Position numbers and translations under genes: made by a program. This document shows, one piece after another, positions 12,405 through 23,860 of a DNA stretch of 64,000 nt. The stretch spans positions 14,758,001 to 14,822,000 of the forward strand of contig NC_087252.1 of NCBI RefSeq assembly GCF_037042905.1, given 5' to 3'. A model generated the notes under the pieces. It ran no database searches, was not told where the DNA came from, and saw only the letters and a list, made by a program, of their open reading frames with translations. Positions within the stretch are counted from its first letter, which is position 1. Every line of letters starts with the position of its first letter. Source of the stretch: Lytechinus pictus. Lineage: Eukaryota.

Positions 12405-12618
12405 AAAAAAATAGAATGTGTCATTGATGAGGGACCACGGTTCAGTAAAGTACAATACATCATGATCACTGATTCGTTATCGTGGAGCATGGGGGAGGGT
12501 GATCAAGAACCCGTAAAAATAATGATCAATACGGAACCTCTGAAGTTGACGGAAGGACGCGATGATTTGTACCAAAGTTTAGGATCACTAGAATGATCAA
12601 GGACATGCCAGCTCCAAC
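12405..12618 (-). ncRNA. Candidate structured small RNA (putative type-3 Pol III gene), copy 1
   Basis: TATAAATA at 12646-12639, G 28 nt from the TATA start, T5 at +100-104 and T7 at about +210; several hairpins; five TGATC motifs. Confidence 0.4.
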
Positions 12619-13090
12619 TTATAATGAGGGCCAATTTGTATTTATAGTAGTAGCATAATCATACGCCACATGTGCTGGTTAATATTTTCATGTCAAATTA
12701 AATTGATAATATCTGAAAGCCGTACTTATTGTGACAAATTTTGCTTGAATATCTAAACACTTAGATTAAAGCAGATCATTGATCAAGACTTGAGTTGAAT
12801 GTATAGTATATCCCGTTAACCATAACAATGTAATTATAGGAACTTGCTATTCAACTGTAGTTTTTTTTTATAATCGATCTATTAATCGATCTATGACATA
12901 AAATCCAGCCTCAGACAGGAAGGATTATAAAAAAAATTGGAAGGGAGGGGGGAGGTCTGGGGTGGATGGGTGTCTTAATTTTAGTCGGATAAATATCACT
13001 CCTTGGTTTACCTCAACAGTGTCTTCAAATGAGACTACTTGTCATTCATGATATAAATGAACGCACAGTTACAATGCTAACCACATACTA

Positions 13091-16000
13091 TAATGTATAG
13101 TTACAAATTAAATCCAATTATTTCTAATTGTAAATCACACTGATAGTTAAAAATAGGTTTTTCTCTATCAGCCAACATGAAAACAATATGTTGGCATATC
13201 AAGGCCTAACACTCTCATGGGGTGGGGTGTCGAAGCTCCTCCCCCTTGGCTATATCATGTTATTCTACTGTATATTGCCTATTTGTTGGGGGAAAAAATC
13301 ACTGCTTTTTGGAGCACCCTTTGAGGCAAAAGGCATTTCTGCTATACAGTACAGCCACTTTAATTACTTTGAAACCATTTGGAGAGGAAAAGAGTAAGTT
13401 TTGTTCTACCAGCTACATCAAAAGAAGTGGTACGTACATCGTAGCCAACCCCTCTCGGGGGGGGGGGGGGGGCTGGGGAAGTCACCCCTCCCCCTATTGC
13501 TTATTGCCAATTTATTTGGAAATTCACCATTTTGGACCCAACATTGAGGCAAAAATAGTATATAGTATTTTATTACTTTGAGAGAGTAGAGTTCGTTCTA
13601 CAAGCTGCATAAATAAGCGCTAGCACATCGAACTCTAGCCCTCTCAGGGGCTGTCTAAGTCACACCCTCCTCTATATCATGTATATTGCCTACTTATTGA
13701 AAATTTCACTATCTTTGATCACCCATTGAGGCATAAGGGTGTTTCTATATCATACAGCCAATTTTATTTTCTTGCAATTATTTGGAGAGAAAAGCTTAGA
13801 CTTTGCTCTATCAGCTACATATTATTAAGAAGCGCTGGCACATCGAAACCTATCCCTCTCAGGGGCTGTCTAAGTCAACCCCTCCCCCTCTATGTCATAT
13901 ATATTGCCTATTTATTGGAAATTACACAATTTTGAATCGCCCATTGAGGCAAAAGTGCGTTTCTACTATATAGTACAGCCAATTTCATTTTCTTGCAATG
14001 ACTTGATTGATTGATTGATTCTTTATTTCCATGCAAAAATAAATCATACAACAGAAAATATATTGACAATATTTCACGGTAAAATAACAATAAACAATCA
14101 TTGCATGAGAGGGTACAGTCATAAGCACAAAGGCTTGAAAAGGACGCTCCTCAAGAAAGACTACGACCCTGAATAAAATCAATATAAGTCATATTTAAAA
14201 ATTACAGTAAAAGCAGGGCCAAAAGGAAAACACATCAAGCATATCAAGAATAAATCAAATGATAATAACACACCAGCCGTGTATCGATTAATATTATCAA
14301 TATGTTTAACATAGATACGTCGTATAAAATAATAAAAAAAAAATAAAGTATGCAATATGATAAAAATGATGATAGAACAATATCTTAACTCAAATAAGTG
14401 CTAATAATGGAATGCTTAAACTCAAACTTAATTTTTTTTTAATGTCGGAGCACCACGTATTGTTAAAGCTACTTGGAGAGGCAAGAGTAGGCTTTGCTCT
14501 ATCAGCTACATATAAACAAGTGTTGGCAAATAAAAGCCTACCCCCTCTGGGAAGCTGTTGAAATCACCCCATCCCTTTTGCATTATAGCATATTTATTTA
14601 AAAAATCACCATTTTGGAGCCCCCATTTAGGCAAAAAGGCGTTCCTGATATAGATATATAGTTCTGCCACTTTTACTGCCTCGAAACCACTTAGGGAGGA
14701 AAGAATAGGTTTTGCTTTATCAGCCTCATATAAGGAAGTGCAGGCAAATAAAAGCATACCCCCATCGTGAGGCTGTTGAAATCACCCGATCCCTTTCGCA
14801 TTATTGCCTATTTATTGGAAAATTCACAATTTTGAAGCCCCCATTTAGGCAAAGAGGCGTTCCTGATATAGTTATATAGTTCTGCCACTTTTACTGCCTT
14901 GAAACCACTTAGGGAGGAAAGAATAGGTTTCGCTTTATCAGCCTCATATAAAGAAGTGCAGGCAAATAAAAGCCTACTTCCTTCAGGGGACTGTCGAAAT
15001 AACCCCCCCCCCCCCCCCTTGAAATTCACCATTTTGGAGCCCCCATTGAGGCAAAAAGGCGTTTCTGATATACAGTTCTGCCACTTTTAATGCCTTGCAA
15101 TCACTTAATGAGGAAAGAATAGGGTTTTCTTTATCAGCCACAATAAATAAGTACAGGCAAATAAAAGCCTACCCCCTCCAGGGGGCTGTCGGAATCACCC
15201 ATCCCTTTTGCATCATTGCCTATTTATTGAAAAAAATCACCACTTTGGAGCCCCCATTGAGGCAGAAAGTCATTTCTGATTATGTTTTTGCCGTTTTTCA
15301 CCCTTGAAAACACTTGGAGAGAAAAAGAATATGCTTTGCTTTAACAGCTACATATAAAGACATGCTAGCAAAAAAGGTCTATCCCCATCAGAGGGCTGTT
15401 GAATTCACCCCACCTTTTTTTAATTATTGCGTATTTATTGGAAAATTCATCATTTTGGAGCCCCCATTTAGGCAAAAAGGCGGTTCTGCTATATAGTTCT
15501 GCCACTATTACCGCCTTGAAACTACTTGGAGAGGAAATAGTAGGCTTTCCTCTAACAGCTACATATAAAGAAGTGGCTCTACTATATACCAGAAACATGT
15601 TTTTTGCCTCAATGGGGGCTCCAAAATGGCGAGTTTTCCAATGAATTGGCATAAATCGTAAATAAGGTGGGGTAACATCTATAGTCCCCTGAAGTGGGTC
15701 AGGCTTCGATATGGCAGCAATTCGTTATATATAGCTGAAAGAGGGGAACCTACTCTTTCCTCTCCAATTGGTTTCAAGAAAGGGAAATTGGGTGTTTTAT
15801 ACAGCAGAAGTGCATATCGCCTCAATGGGGGCTCAAAAATTGTGAATTTTCGAATAATTAGGCAATAATGCAAGAGGGGTGGGGTGATTTGACAGCTACC
15901 CAGATGGGTAAGCTGCAATGTGCCAGCACGTCTTTATAGAGGATAGCACATTCTTTCCTCCTTAATTGGTTTCAAGGCAGTAAAAGTGGCAGAACTTTAT

Positions 16001-17004
16001 ATCAGAGGCTGATTTCGTCAACCCCCCAGAAGGGGTAGGATTTTATTTGCCAGCACAAAATTATGTAGCTGATAGAGAAAAGCCTATTATTTGCTCTCTA
16101 AGTGGTTTCAAGGCAATAAAAGTGGCAGAACTATATATCAGAGACATCTTTTTACTTCAATGGGGGCTCCAAAATGGTGACTTTTCAACAAATAGCCAAA
16201 TACCGAAAATTAGTGGGGTAACGTCTACAGCCGCCTGAAGGAGATAGGCTTTGATTTGCCAACACTTCTTTATATGAAGCTGATAGAGCAAAGCCTACTC
16301 TTTCTTCTCAAAGTCATTGCAAGAAAATAAAATTGGCTGTACTGTATAGTCGGAACGCGCTTTTGCCTCAATGGGTGATCCAAAATGGTGAAATATCCAA
16401 TAAATCGGCAATATACATGATATAGAAGGGGGGGGGGGTGACTTAGACAGCCCCTGAGAGGGCTAGGGTTTGATGTGCCAGTGCTTATTTATATGTAGCT
16501 GATGGAACAAACTCTACTCTTTCCTAAGTGGTTTCAAATCAATAAAATTGGGTGTACAACTAAGCACAAACGCTCAATGTTTGGTCCAAAATTGTGAATT
16601 TTCAAATAAATATGCAATATTAACCAAAAGCCCCCCCCCCCCCGAGAGGGGTAGGCTTGGATGTGCCACTTCTTTGGATGTAGCTGGTAGAACAAAGCCT
16701 ACTCTTTCCTCTCCAAGTGGTTTCAAAGCAATCAAAGTGGCTGTACTGTATAGTAGAAATGCCTGTTTTTGCTTCAATGGGTGCTCCAAAAAACCAGTGT
16801 TTTTTTTCCAACAAATAGGCAATATAGAGAAACATGATATAGCCAAGGGGGAGGGGGAGGGCTTCGACACCCCCACCCCATGAGAGTGTTAGGCCTTGAT
16901 GTGCCAACATTTTTTTTATGTAGCTGATAGAGAAAAGCCTATTCTTAACTATCCAAGTGATTAACGAGCAGAGATAATTGCATTTAATTTGTAACTATAC
17001 ATTA
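13091..17004. mobile_element. 3.9-kb foldback transposon whose arms are tandem 180-190-bp subunits
   Basis: Terminal taatgtatagttacaaattaaat / atttaatttgtaactatacatta; subunit orientation flips near 15580; flanks cacatacta / tacatatta. Confidence 0.85.
14003..14468 (-). mobile_element. LINE 3'-end fragment inserted in the left foldback arm
   Basis: Minus-strand AATAAA + (AATC)n tail; interrupts one subunit, acttg on both sides. Confidence 0.7.
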
Positions 17005-17574
17005 TACATATTATACATGTTATACGTATTAGTCTATGGAAATGCATACAAAGAGCGACATTTCTGAAATTGACGTATTCAAGTTTGATACCTTATAATT
17101 TTGCTAAGAAGAATGATACAGTGTTGGAATTTCAGCCACATGATAATAGTATATCAATAAAGTTTTCTGGAACATTTCAAGGTAATTGATTCATTTTTCT
17201 TTGAATTATGTAAAATCATGTATTTGCAAAATTTTCAATTTTTGGAAAAAAATGACAAAAAATGCATTTTTATACTTAAAATCTCAGCCAAATGACCTAC
17301 TTATCCCCTATAAATGGTACCAAATTGTAGGAAATTTATTTGTCTTTCATATGACACTAATTTTGTGGCAATGGAATGTTTATGTCAACATCTATGTACG
17401 AAAATTCAAATGTTCTGAATATTTGGCGGCCATTTTGAAAAAAGCGCCCTCACAGGTTAATTTTCAGGATACAGCCTAGTTACCTCATATATTCATATTC
17501 AGCGTAAGAAACTGGTCTAGAAGCACTATATGAAAATTTCTCCTTTTCCGTGTGGCACCTTGCTCAATTATAAC

Positions 17575-17690
17575 CCGGCGGCGGTACGGTGAGTCGAAAC
17601 AGCCGTTTTAACATTTTTATGTACCAGCTACTTAAAGGTGGCTTGAATTAAATTTCATAAAACGACTGTTTTCGACTCGCCGTACAGCCT
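17575..17690. mobile_element. MITE fragment, same family as 20939-21100
   Basis: gagtcgaaacagccgtttta...taaaacgactgttttcgactc. Confidence 0.7.
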
Positions 17691-17859
17691 GTTAGCGCGT
17701 TTCCGTTTTACACCCTGGCGAAGGCAATCTCCGCAAAAATAGCTACAAAGCGACTAGTGAAGAGTCTAAATTTATTTACAATGTCAGTTGGGTGCGCGAT
17801 GCAAAAGTCTGCACCGAAGATATCTACAGAACATGTGCAAATAATGCAACAGAGCTTAA

Positions 17860-18430
17860 TACTAATACTATTGCAAAGATGGAAAGGGATAACGATGGTA
17901 GATATATTATATTCGACTGTGAATTAGATGGAGTTGGAATGATAATAGGAAATGTTTATTTTCCAACTATAGGAACAAGGCAAATGAGCAAATAGATTTC
18001 CTGAAAAAAAAATCAATATTATAAATAAAATGTTTTTTCTCAGTCATGTTATAATATTAGGTGGTGATTTTAACATGATATTAGATGATAAATTAGATCA
18101 TATGGGGTCAACCATACAGGTGAAATCTAGATTTAATACAGATTTTTTTATATTCATGGACAAATTTTAATTAATATATATTTGGAGGAAAAGATATCCA
18201 TCGATCAGGAATACAACAGTTTACTTTCAGAGGACACCACCTATTCAAAGTAGGCTAGATTATTAGATAATATCAAAAGAAGTTGAAACATTGGTGTTGG
18301 AATGTGACATTTTACCGTCGTCTATAACTCCAGACCATTCTGGAATATTGCTTACCTGTAGTAGTGGAAAAAAGAAGTAAAGCGAGGTCCTTCATACTGG
18401 AAATTCAATAACAGTCTATGTTATGATAAA
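17860..18430 (+). pseudogene. Decayed L1/Tx1-type LINE APE endonuclease fragment
   Basis: DNDGRYII, GNVYFPT, ILGGDFN, IQSRLDY, PDHS, RGPSYWKFNNSL with stops and frameshifts. Confidence 0.88.
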
Positions 18431-18584
18431 CATAGGCGGCGGAAGCGGGGGCGGGGGGGGGGGGCAGGTCCCCCCTAAATTTGAGGTGGGGGGGGGGGTC
18501 GATTTTGTTTCCTGCGTCCCCCTAAATTCTGGTGAACCCCCCAAAATGTTTCCGGCCCCCCCCCCCCAACTAAAATTTTGGTTG
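18431..18584 (+). mobile_element. hAT-like non-autonomous element, 5' end
   Basis: cataggcggcggaagcggggg; same terminus at 61077. Confidence 0.6.
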
Positions 18585-20872
18585 AGAGTGGTGCGTATAT
18601 AAGCCGCAGACCACCATTCTTACGCTCAATTTTTTTTAATTAATTTTATTATTATTTTTTGGGGAGGGGAGGGGCAAGACATGACGAATGAAGCGAAATC
18701 TCTTTCTCTCAAAAAAAAACCCCAACAACTGTGAAAGGGCGAGGCGAGAGAGAAAAAAACGTTGATACTTTTTTAATTAAAAAATCAAAGTTAGTGATGT
18801 TTGTTACAGAGTTTGAGATAAAATACAGAAGATCAAAGGTTACTCGAGCATTCAAGGAATTTCTTCCTACCTGGTACCCATTCACTATACCTGTGTGTAG
18901 AGTTGAAAATGAAGATAAACGCTTGCCAAAAGACGCAAGTGCCGTGGTGAGATTCGAACCCCGGACCTTTTGGATCAAAGTCCAGAGATTTATCCACTGA
19001 TCCACAACACCATTTTTTGTGGGTTATTAATCGATGTATTGCATGATCCATTATAATCATATAACTACCTGTCTTTGTAAACAGTGTTGGTTGATTTATA
19101 TTGTAACGTGCACCATGGCTTGCATGGTTCAAAATTAATGAATTTAATGAATGATATTCCAAACGAAATATTTTTCTGTATTCAATTTCTTGAATCTTTA
19201 AAAGAAAAACCGACGAGGATAACAAGAGCACACTCTCTCCATAAATAATCGACCCTTGAAAATACCTCATTATATTTTTATATTCAATGGTGCGCTCATA
19301 ATTAGTGATATAAACAAACCATAAGTATGAGATAAATTCATTTATAAAGGGGATCATTTTGTATGAATCTTTCAAACATTTATAGCATGCCTCTTTATTT
19401 CACACGTATTATATATATTTTTTTTTTAAATTTATGATTATGCTTAAGTTTGATATGTTTTCTGTTCACTGAGATTAATTCCTCAATATCTTTCTACTTT
19501 TTAATTTATAAGCGAACGGAATCTTGAAATCTGTGAAATTTTCAGCAAGAATTTCTTCGACAAATGTGAAATATTTCCGTGGCATCAGTGATGACCATGA
19601 TATCTCACTGATTATTTAGGATATGTATATAAAAATCATGCTTGAATCATCCCTACACCGCATTTGAGTGTCAGTCTTAAAAAAATACAAGAAAAACGAT
19701 TTATGAAAAAAGTGATAATTTTCGCAAACCATAAATACAAATATGGTGTACTCATGTCAAATTCTGTGATACCAATGCGCCCATACTTTTGAAAGAAAGT
19801 GAAAAGAAAATTGAACTTCAAAATGACGAGCTTTAATTTCAAGATTTCCAAAGGTATTTTCTAAAATGTCTTTTCCAAAATACCTCAGTGAAAGAAAGAT
19901 TTCCAAAGGTATTTTCTAAAATGTCTTTTCCAAAATACCTCAGTGAAAGAAACTGTTAGAACTTATCATTTAGTTTCATCGGATGATCGGAATGAAAAAA
20001 TAGAGACCTTGGATTTAGGCAAGCATGCTTATTGGAAGAAATGTTTGGATGAAATTCTAAGTATAAACCGTAAAAATAAATGAAATAAGGCTTAATTACT
20101 TACGGATGAACCCTCTGCTAGCTGTCCAAGAGTTTTATGAAATGACAAGTAGGCTAAGTGAAAATGCAATTGAAATACAAAAGCCTACTGGGCGTTTGAA
20201 GTTAAAACTCCTTTTTAATTGTGTTGCAACTGCTTACAAACGCTGTCACAAAAAATATTTACAAACAAAAAGAAAGAGGCATCGCAGCGGACAAAATGTG
20301 TGGAAGAGATTTGCACAACAGATTCACGTGAGGTATTCCCTGACGCAATGGTAGGATCAGACCAGTATTATTGCAGGGTGTATGATACTACCACGACCAA
20401 ACGTAGGTATCAATTTTTATATATAGCAGTACTATAATCATATGCAATCTGTACTGGTTAATATTTTCATGTCAAATTAAATTGACAATATCTGTAAGCC
20501 GTTAATATTATGACAAATCTTGCTTTAATATCTAAAACACTTTGATCAAAGCAGATCATTAGCCAAAACTTGAGTTGAATTTCCAGTATATCCCGTTAAC
20601 CATAAAAAATTAATTTTAGTAGTTTGCTTTTTAATTGCAGCTAATATATAATCGATCTATTAATCGATCTATGGCACAAAATCCAACCTCAGACAGGAAG
20701 GATTATAAAAATTGGGCAGTTGGGAGGGTATAGAGGGGGGGGGGGTCTGGGGTTGATTGGTGTCTTAATTTCAGTCGGATAAATATTCCAAATGTATTTA
20801 TTACTCCTTGTCTAACCTCAACAGTGTCTGCAAATGAGACTACTTGTTCCCATTCATGATATATGAACGCAC
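18585..20872 (+). repeat. Segmental duplication, unit 2 copy B
   Basis: Colinear with 10729-13070; has a local duplication of about 50 bp (aagatttccaaagg...gaaagaaa) near 19841-19951. Confidence 0.95.
20267..20397 (-). ncRNA. Candidate structured small RNA (putative type-3 Pol III gene), copy 2
   Basis: TATATATA at 20425-20418, G at the same spacing as copy 1, 5' hairpin gtggtag...atca/tgat...ctaccat, T4 at +102-105, T5 at about +130. Confidence 0.4.
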
Positions 20873-20938
20873 TGGTAAACACATACTGGAGCTCAGTAAC
20901 ATCATGGACCTATAGGTCCATGGTAACATTGAGCTTAT

Positions 20939-21100
20939 TCCTCGGTCACATTTGCTCTACTATACGGCGGTCGTAAGGAGTCGAAAACAGCCGTTTTAAC
21001 ACTTTTTTGTACCAACTACTTAAATGTGGCTTGAATTTCATAAAACGACTGTTTTCAACTCGCCTTATATACGGCCGCCGTAGATCAAATGTGACCAAGG
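20939..21100. mobile_element. MITE
   Basis: TIRs cctcggtcacatttgctctac / gtagatcaaatgtgaccaagg. Confidence 0.8.
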
Positions 21101-21217
21101 TATTAGCGATTGATTTTAGAGCTGGTTTTCTGCAATAATTTGCATTGTTTATCGTGTATGATCAATCGTATCATAAGGCTCACTATCAAGTGCAAATCCT
21201 TTATGTGGCCGGCCGGA

Positions 21218-21443
21218 TGAGCGCACAGATTAGACTTGCCCGCGAGCCGTTTCTTTCGTATTTCTGTGGATTTTGGCGGAGCTGCGGTGTAAATAAAAAA
21301 TAAAGAATCCCCGTTAAATTACGAGAACTTTTTTAGGCTGAAAAATCCATCTCTATGTTGAGCGCACAGATTAGACTTGCCCGCGAGCCGTTTCTTTCGT
21401 ATTTCTGTGGATTTTGGCGGAGCTGCGGTGTAAATAAAAAATA
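21218..21443. repeat. Identical 85-bp direct repeats separated by a 56-bp spacer
   Basis: tgagcgcacagattagac...taaataaaaaata at 21218 and 21359. Confidence 0.9.
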
Positions 21444-22448
21444 CGCGGCCGGGCCGTGGTCTACATTCCTTTGCTAATAACATTATTTTATGGAATCGAT
21501 ATTTGCTTTTACAAATTTTGCTTAAATAACTAAAATAATTTGAATTATTTGAAAAAAATTGAATAAAATAGAATGTTAATCCAAAATCAATTTGATTTAC
21601 CAGTATATCCCGTTTACCATAACAATGTACTGTAGTTCCAGAAGCTTGCTATTAATTGCAGCTTATTTTATAATCAATCTACGAAATAAAATCCAACCCC
21701 AGACTGGAAGAATTATAAAGATCGGGAGGGTTGGGGCTCTAGGGGGATGGATGCCTCATCTTAAGCGAGATAAATATAAAAAATAAATTGATTAATATTT
21801 GTCTTCTAAGCTCAATATAGGGTCTACAAGTGAGATACTGGTCACGTGATATTGTTCTCGTTCATGAACAATTGTGAACGCTCCCTTTCACTGTGGATCC
21901 CCTTCTGTTTACATTGCTTATTCATTTTGTGTATGATCGCTAATCGTGTTACAGGGCCCTTGAAACGATATTTTTTTTCTGGAGGTGGTGATGTAAATTT
22001 GAAAAAGTACGTCATTTATTGGATACATCGTTCAATTTGTCCAAATCCATGACGTCTATCAGCATTCCAGGGGATGCTGCCCCCCCCCCCCCCCCCAGCA
22101 CCCTGGCTAGCTGCTCAGGGCCATGTGGTTAAAGAAAAATTGTGAACCCACTACAATTTTCCCACTCCTTCATGCCGAACGTTGAATGTAGAAAGCAACA
22201 CTACAATGTTCGGCGAACCCACATAAAAAAACTTAATTTAATGTAATGGAATATTTTATCACCTGACTTCACAATTGAATGTATATAACATGGCAGAACT
22301 TGAACACTTATAAATATGCTGATTTTTTGGTGAGGTTCACTAACTTTTAGGACCACTTTAAGCCCCACGATAAATAGCAAAGCCCTATGTTGCCGACCCG
22401 AGGTCTTCTCTTTTTTTCAATATTATCCCAATTTATACACCTCATTAA

Positions 22449-23050
22449 AGGGATACTCCAGGCTGATGATATTTATATGTAAATGAATAGAGTAAAATTC
22501 ATTTAAGCAAAATGCTAAAAATTTCACCAGAATCGGACAACCAATAACGAAGTTATTGAATGTTAAAGTTTAATTAGCAATATTTTGTGAAAACAGTTAT
22601 ATATGCACGTCGTCATGAATATTCATTAGGTGGATTGATGATGTCGCATCCCCATTTTCCATTTTATTATGTTATTGCATGAAACTATGATTGTTTCATT
22701 TTTTCATAAATGTGTAAATGATGTGTCGCCATTGTGATAAAATAAGTTGCAGCAATAAATTACTAATGCACTGAATCAGTTGTCAATTGTTTTATTTCTT
22801 GGTATAATTTTTTTAGTAAACATAATTTCATATTGTAAAATACAAAAGAACAAGTGAGGATGTGACATCATCATCCCATATAATGAATATTTATGAAGAC
22901 ATGCCCCGAACTGTTTCACCGTCATAATGAAAATCTTTGAAATTTGTTATTTGTTATATCCGTTTTTTATCAAATTTTCAGCATTTTGCTTTGTGAATTT
23001 TACTATATTATTTTATTGGGATATAAATATCTCCAGCCTGGACTATCTCT
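22449..23050. mobile_element. TTAA-flanked MITE (Kolobok-like)
   Basis: ttaa|agggatactccaggctg...cagcctggactatctct|ttaa. Confidence 0.85.
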
Positions 23051-23714
23051 TTAATATATGTATTGAAGTTATGAGTAGTGCGATGATATTTCCAGATGAC
23101 AAGGTAAAAAACAACAACACTAAAGAAGAAACCGGGGCCTTTAAAAATGGGAAAAGGGACTAATTTTCCTCTATATTTCAATATATCGTTTTAAATGAAA
23201 GAAAAGAAATATGATAAAAGTTATCGATCTTACGGTCTATTCAGAAGTTGAAATGGGCTGGCATTTGACAATTTTACTTTAAAGATTAAATGCTTGCACA
23301 AATCAAAATGGAACTTCAAATATTAGTGAAAAATTAGCTTCTTATGCTTCTATAATGGTGAATGGAATCTACATCTTGGTCGAAATTTTTGTCAGAGTAT
23401 TTTACTTTTTCTCGCCAGATATTTTCAACGTCATTGATTTAGAGTTTGGTGTCATGGATGGTCATTATAGAAAATGATCATCTGATTTTATTTTTTTATT
23501 TTCACACTTCTTAAAATGGTTTCTTAAATAGAATGCATCGTTGAATCATTTCAAGAGAACTTATTTACTTATTATTCAAGCTGATACATGTTTGCACTAT
23601 TTGCATGAAACCATTCGCTTGAACCTTCAGATACATTTTTTTTTTTTTTTTTTTTGGGGGGGGTAAGAGACTATCTAGACGAGTTATTTAATTTAGACTA
23701 TTTATATACATTTA

Positions 23715-23860
23715 AGCGTTGTGTTCTATAGTGGACTAGTCTTCGGACTTTGACAAAGAAGGTCATGGGTTCGAATTCCAGCCATGGTGTAATTTCCTAC
23801 AGCAAGAAATTGATCCATAATGTGCTGCACTCAACCCAGGGGAGGTAAATGGTTACTATT
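23715..23860 (+). mobile_element. SINE, 3'-truncated, followed by (ATT/GTT)n
   Basis: gggttcgaattccagccatgg...tgctgcactcaacccagg. Confidence 0.8.

Larger units (their letters stand above)
10729..13070 (+). repeat. Segmental duplication, unit 2 copy A (paralogous to 18585-20872; partial third copy 21510-21880)
   Basis: Starts agagtggtgcgtatataagccgcagaccacc in both copies and stays colinear to gaacgcac. Confidence 0.95.

Noticed and set aside
12357..12596. Plus-strand ORFs over the variable cassettes (also 20219-20437)
   Set aside because: Non-ATG starts, no similarity beyond FTNKK, no splice support
13188..16910. Multiple 60-120-aa ORFs with recurring motifs
   Set aside because: Translations of foldback satellite subunits, with stops differing between copies
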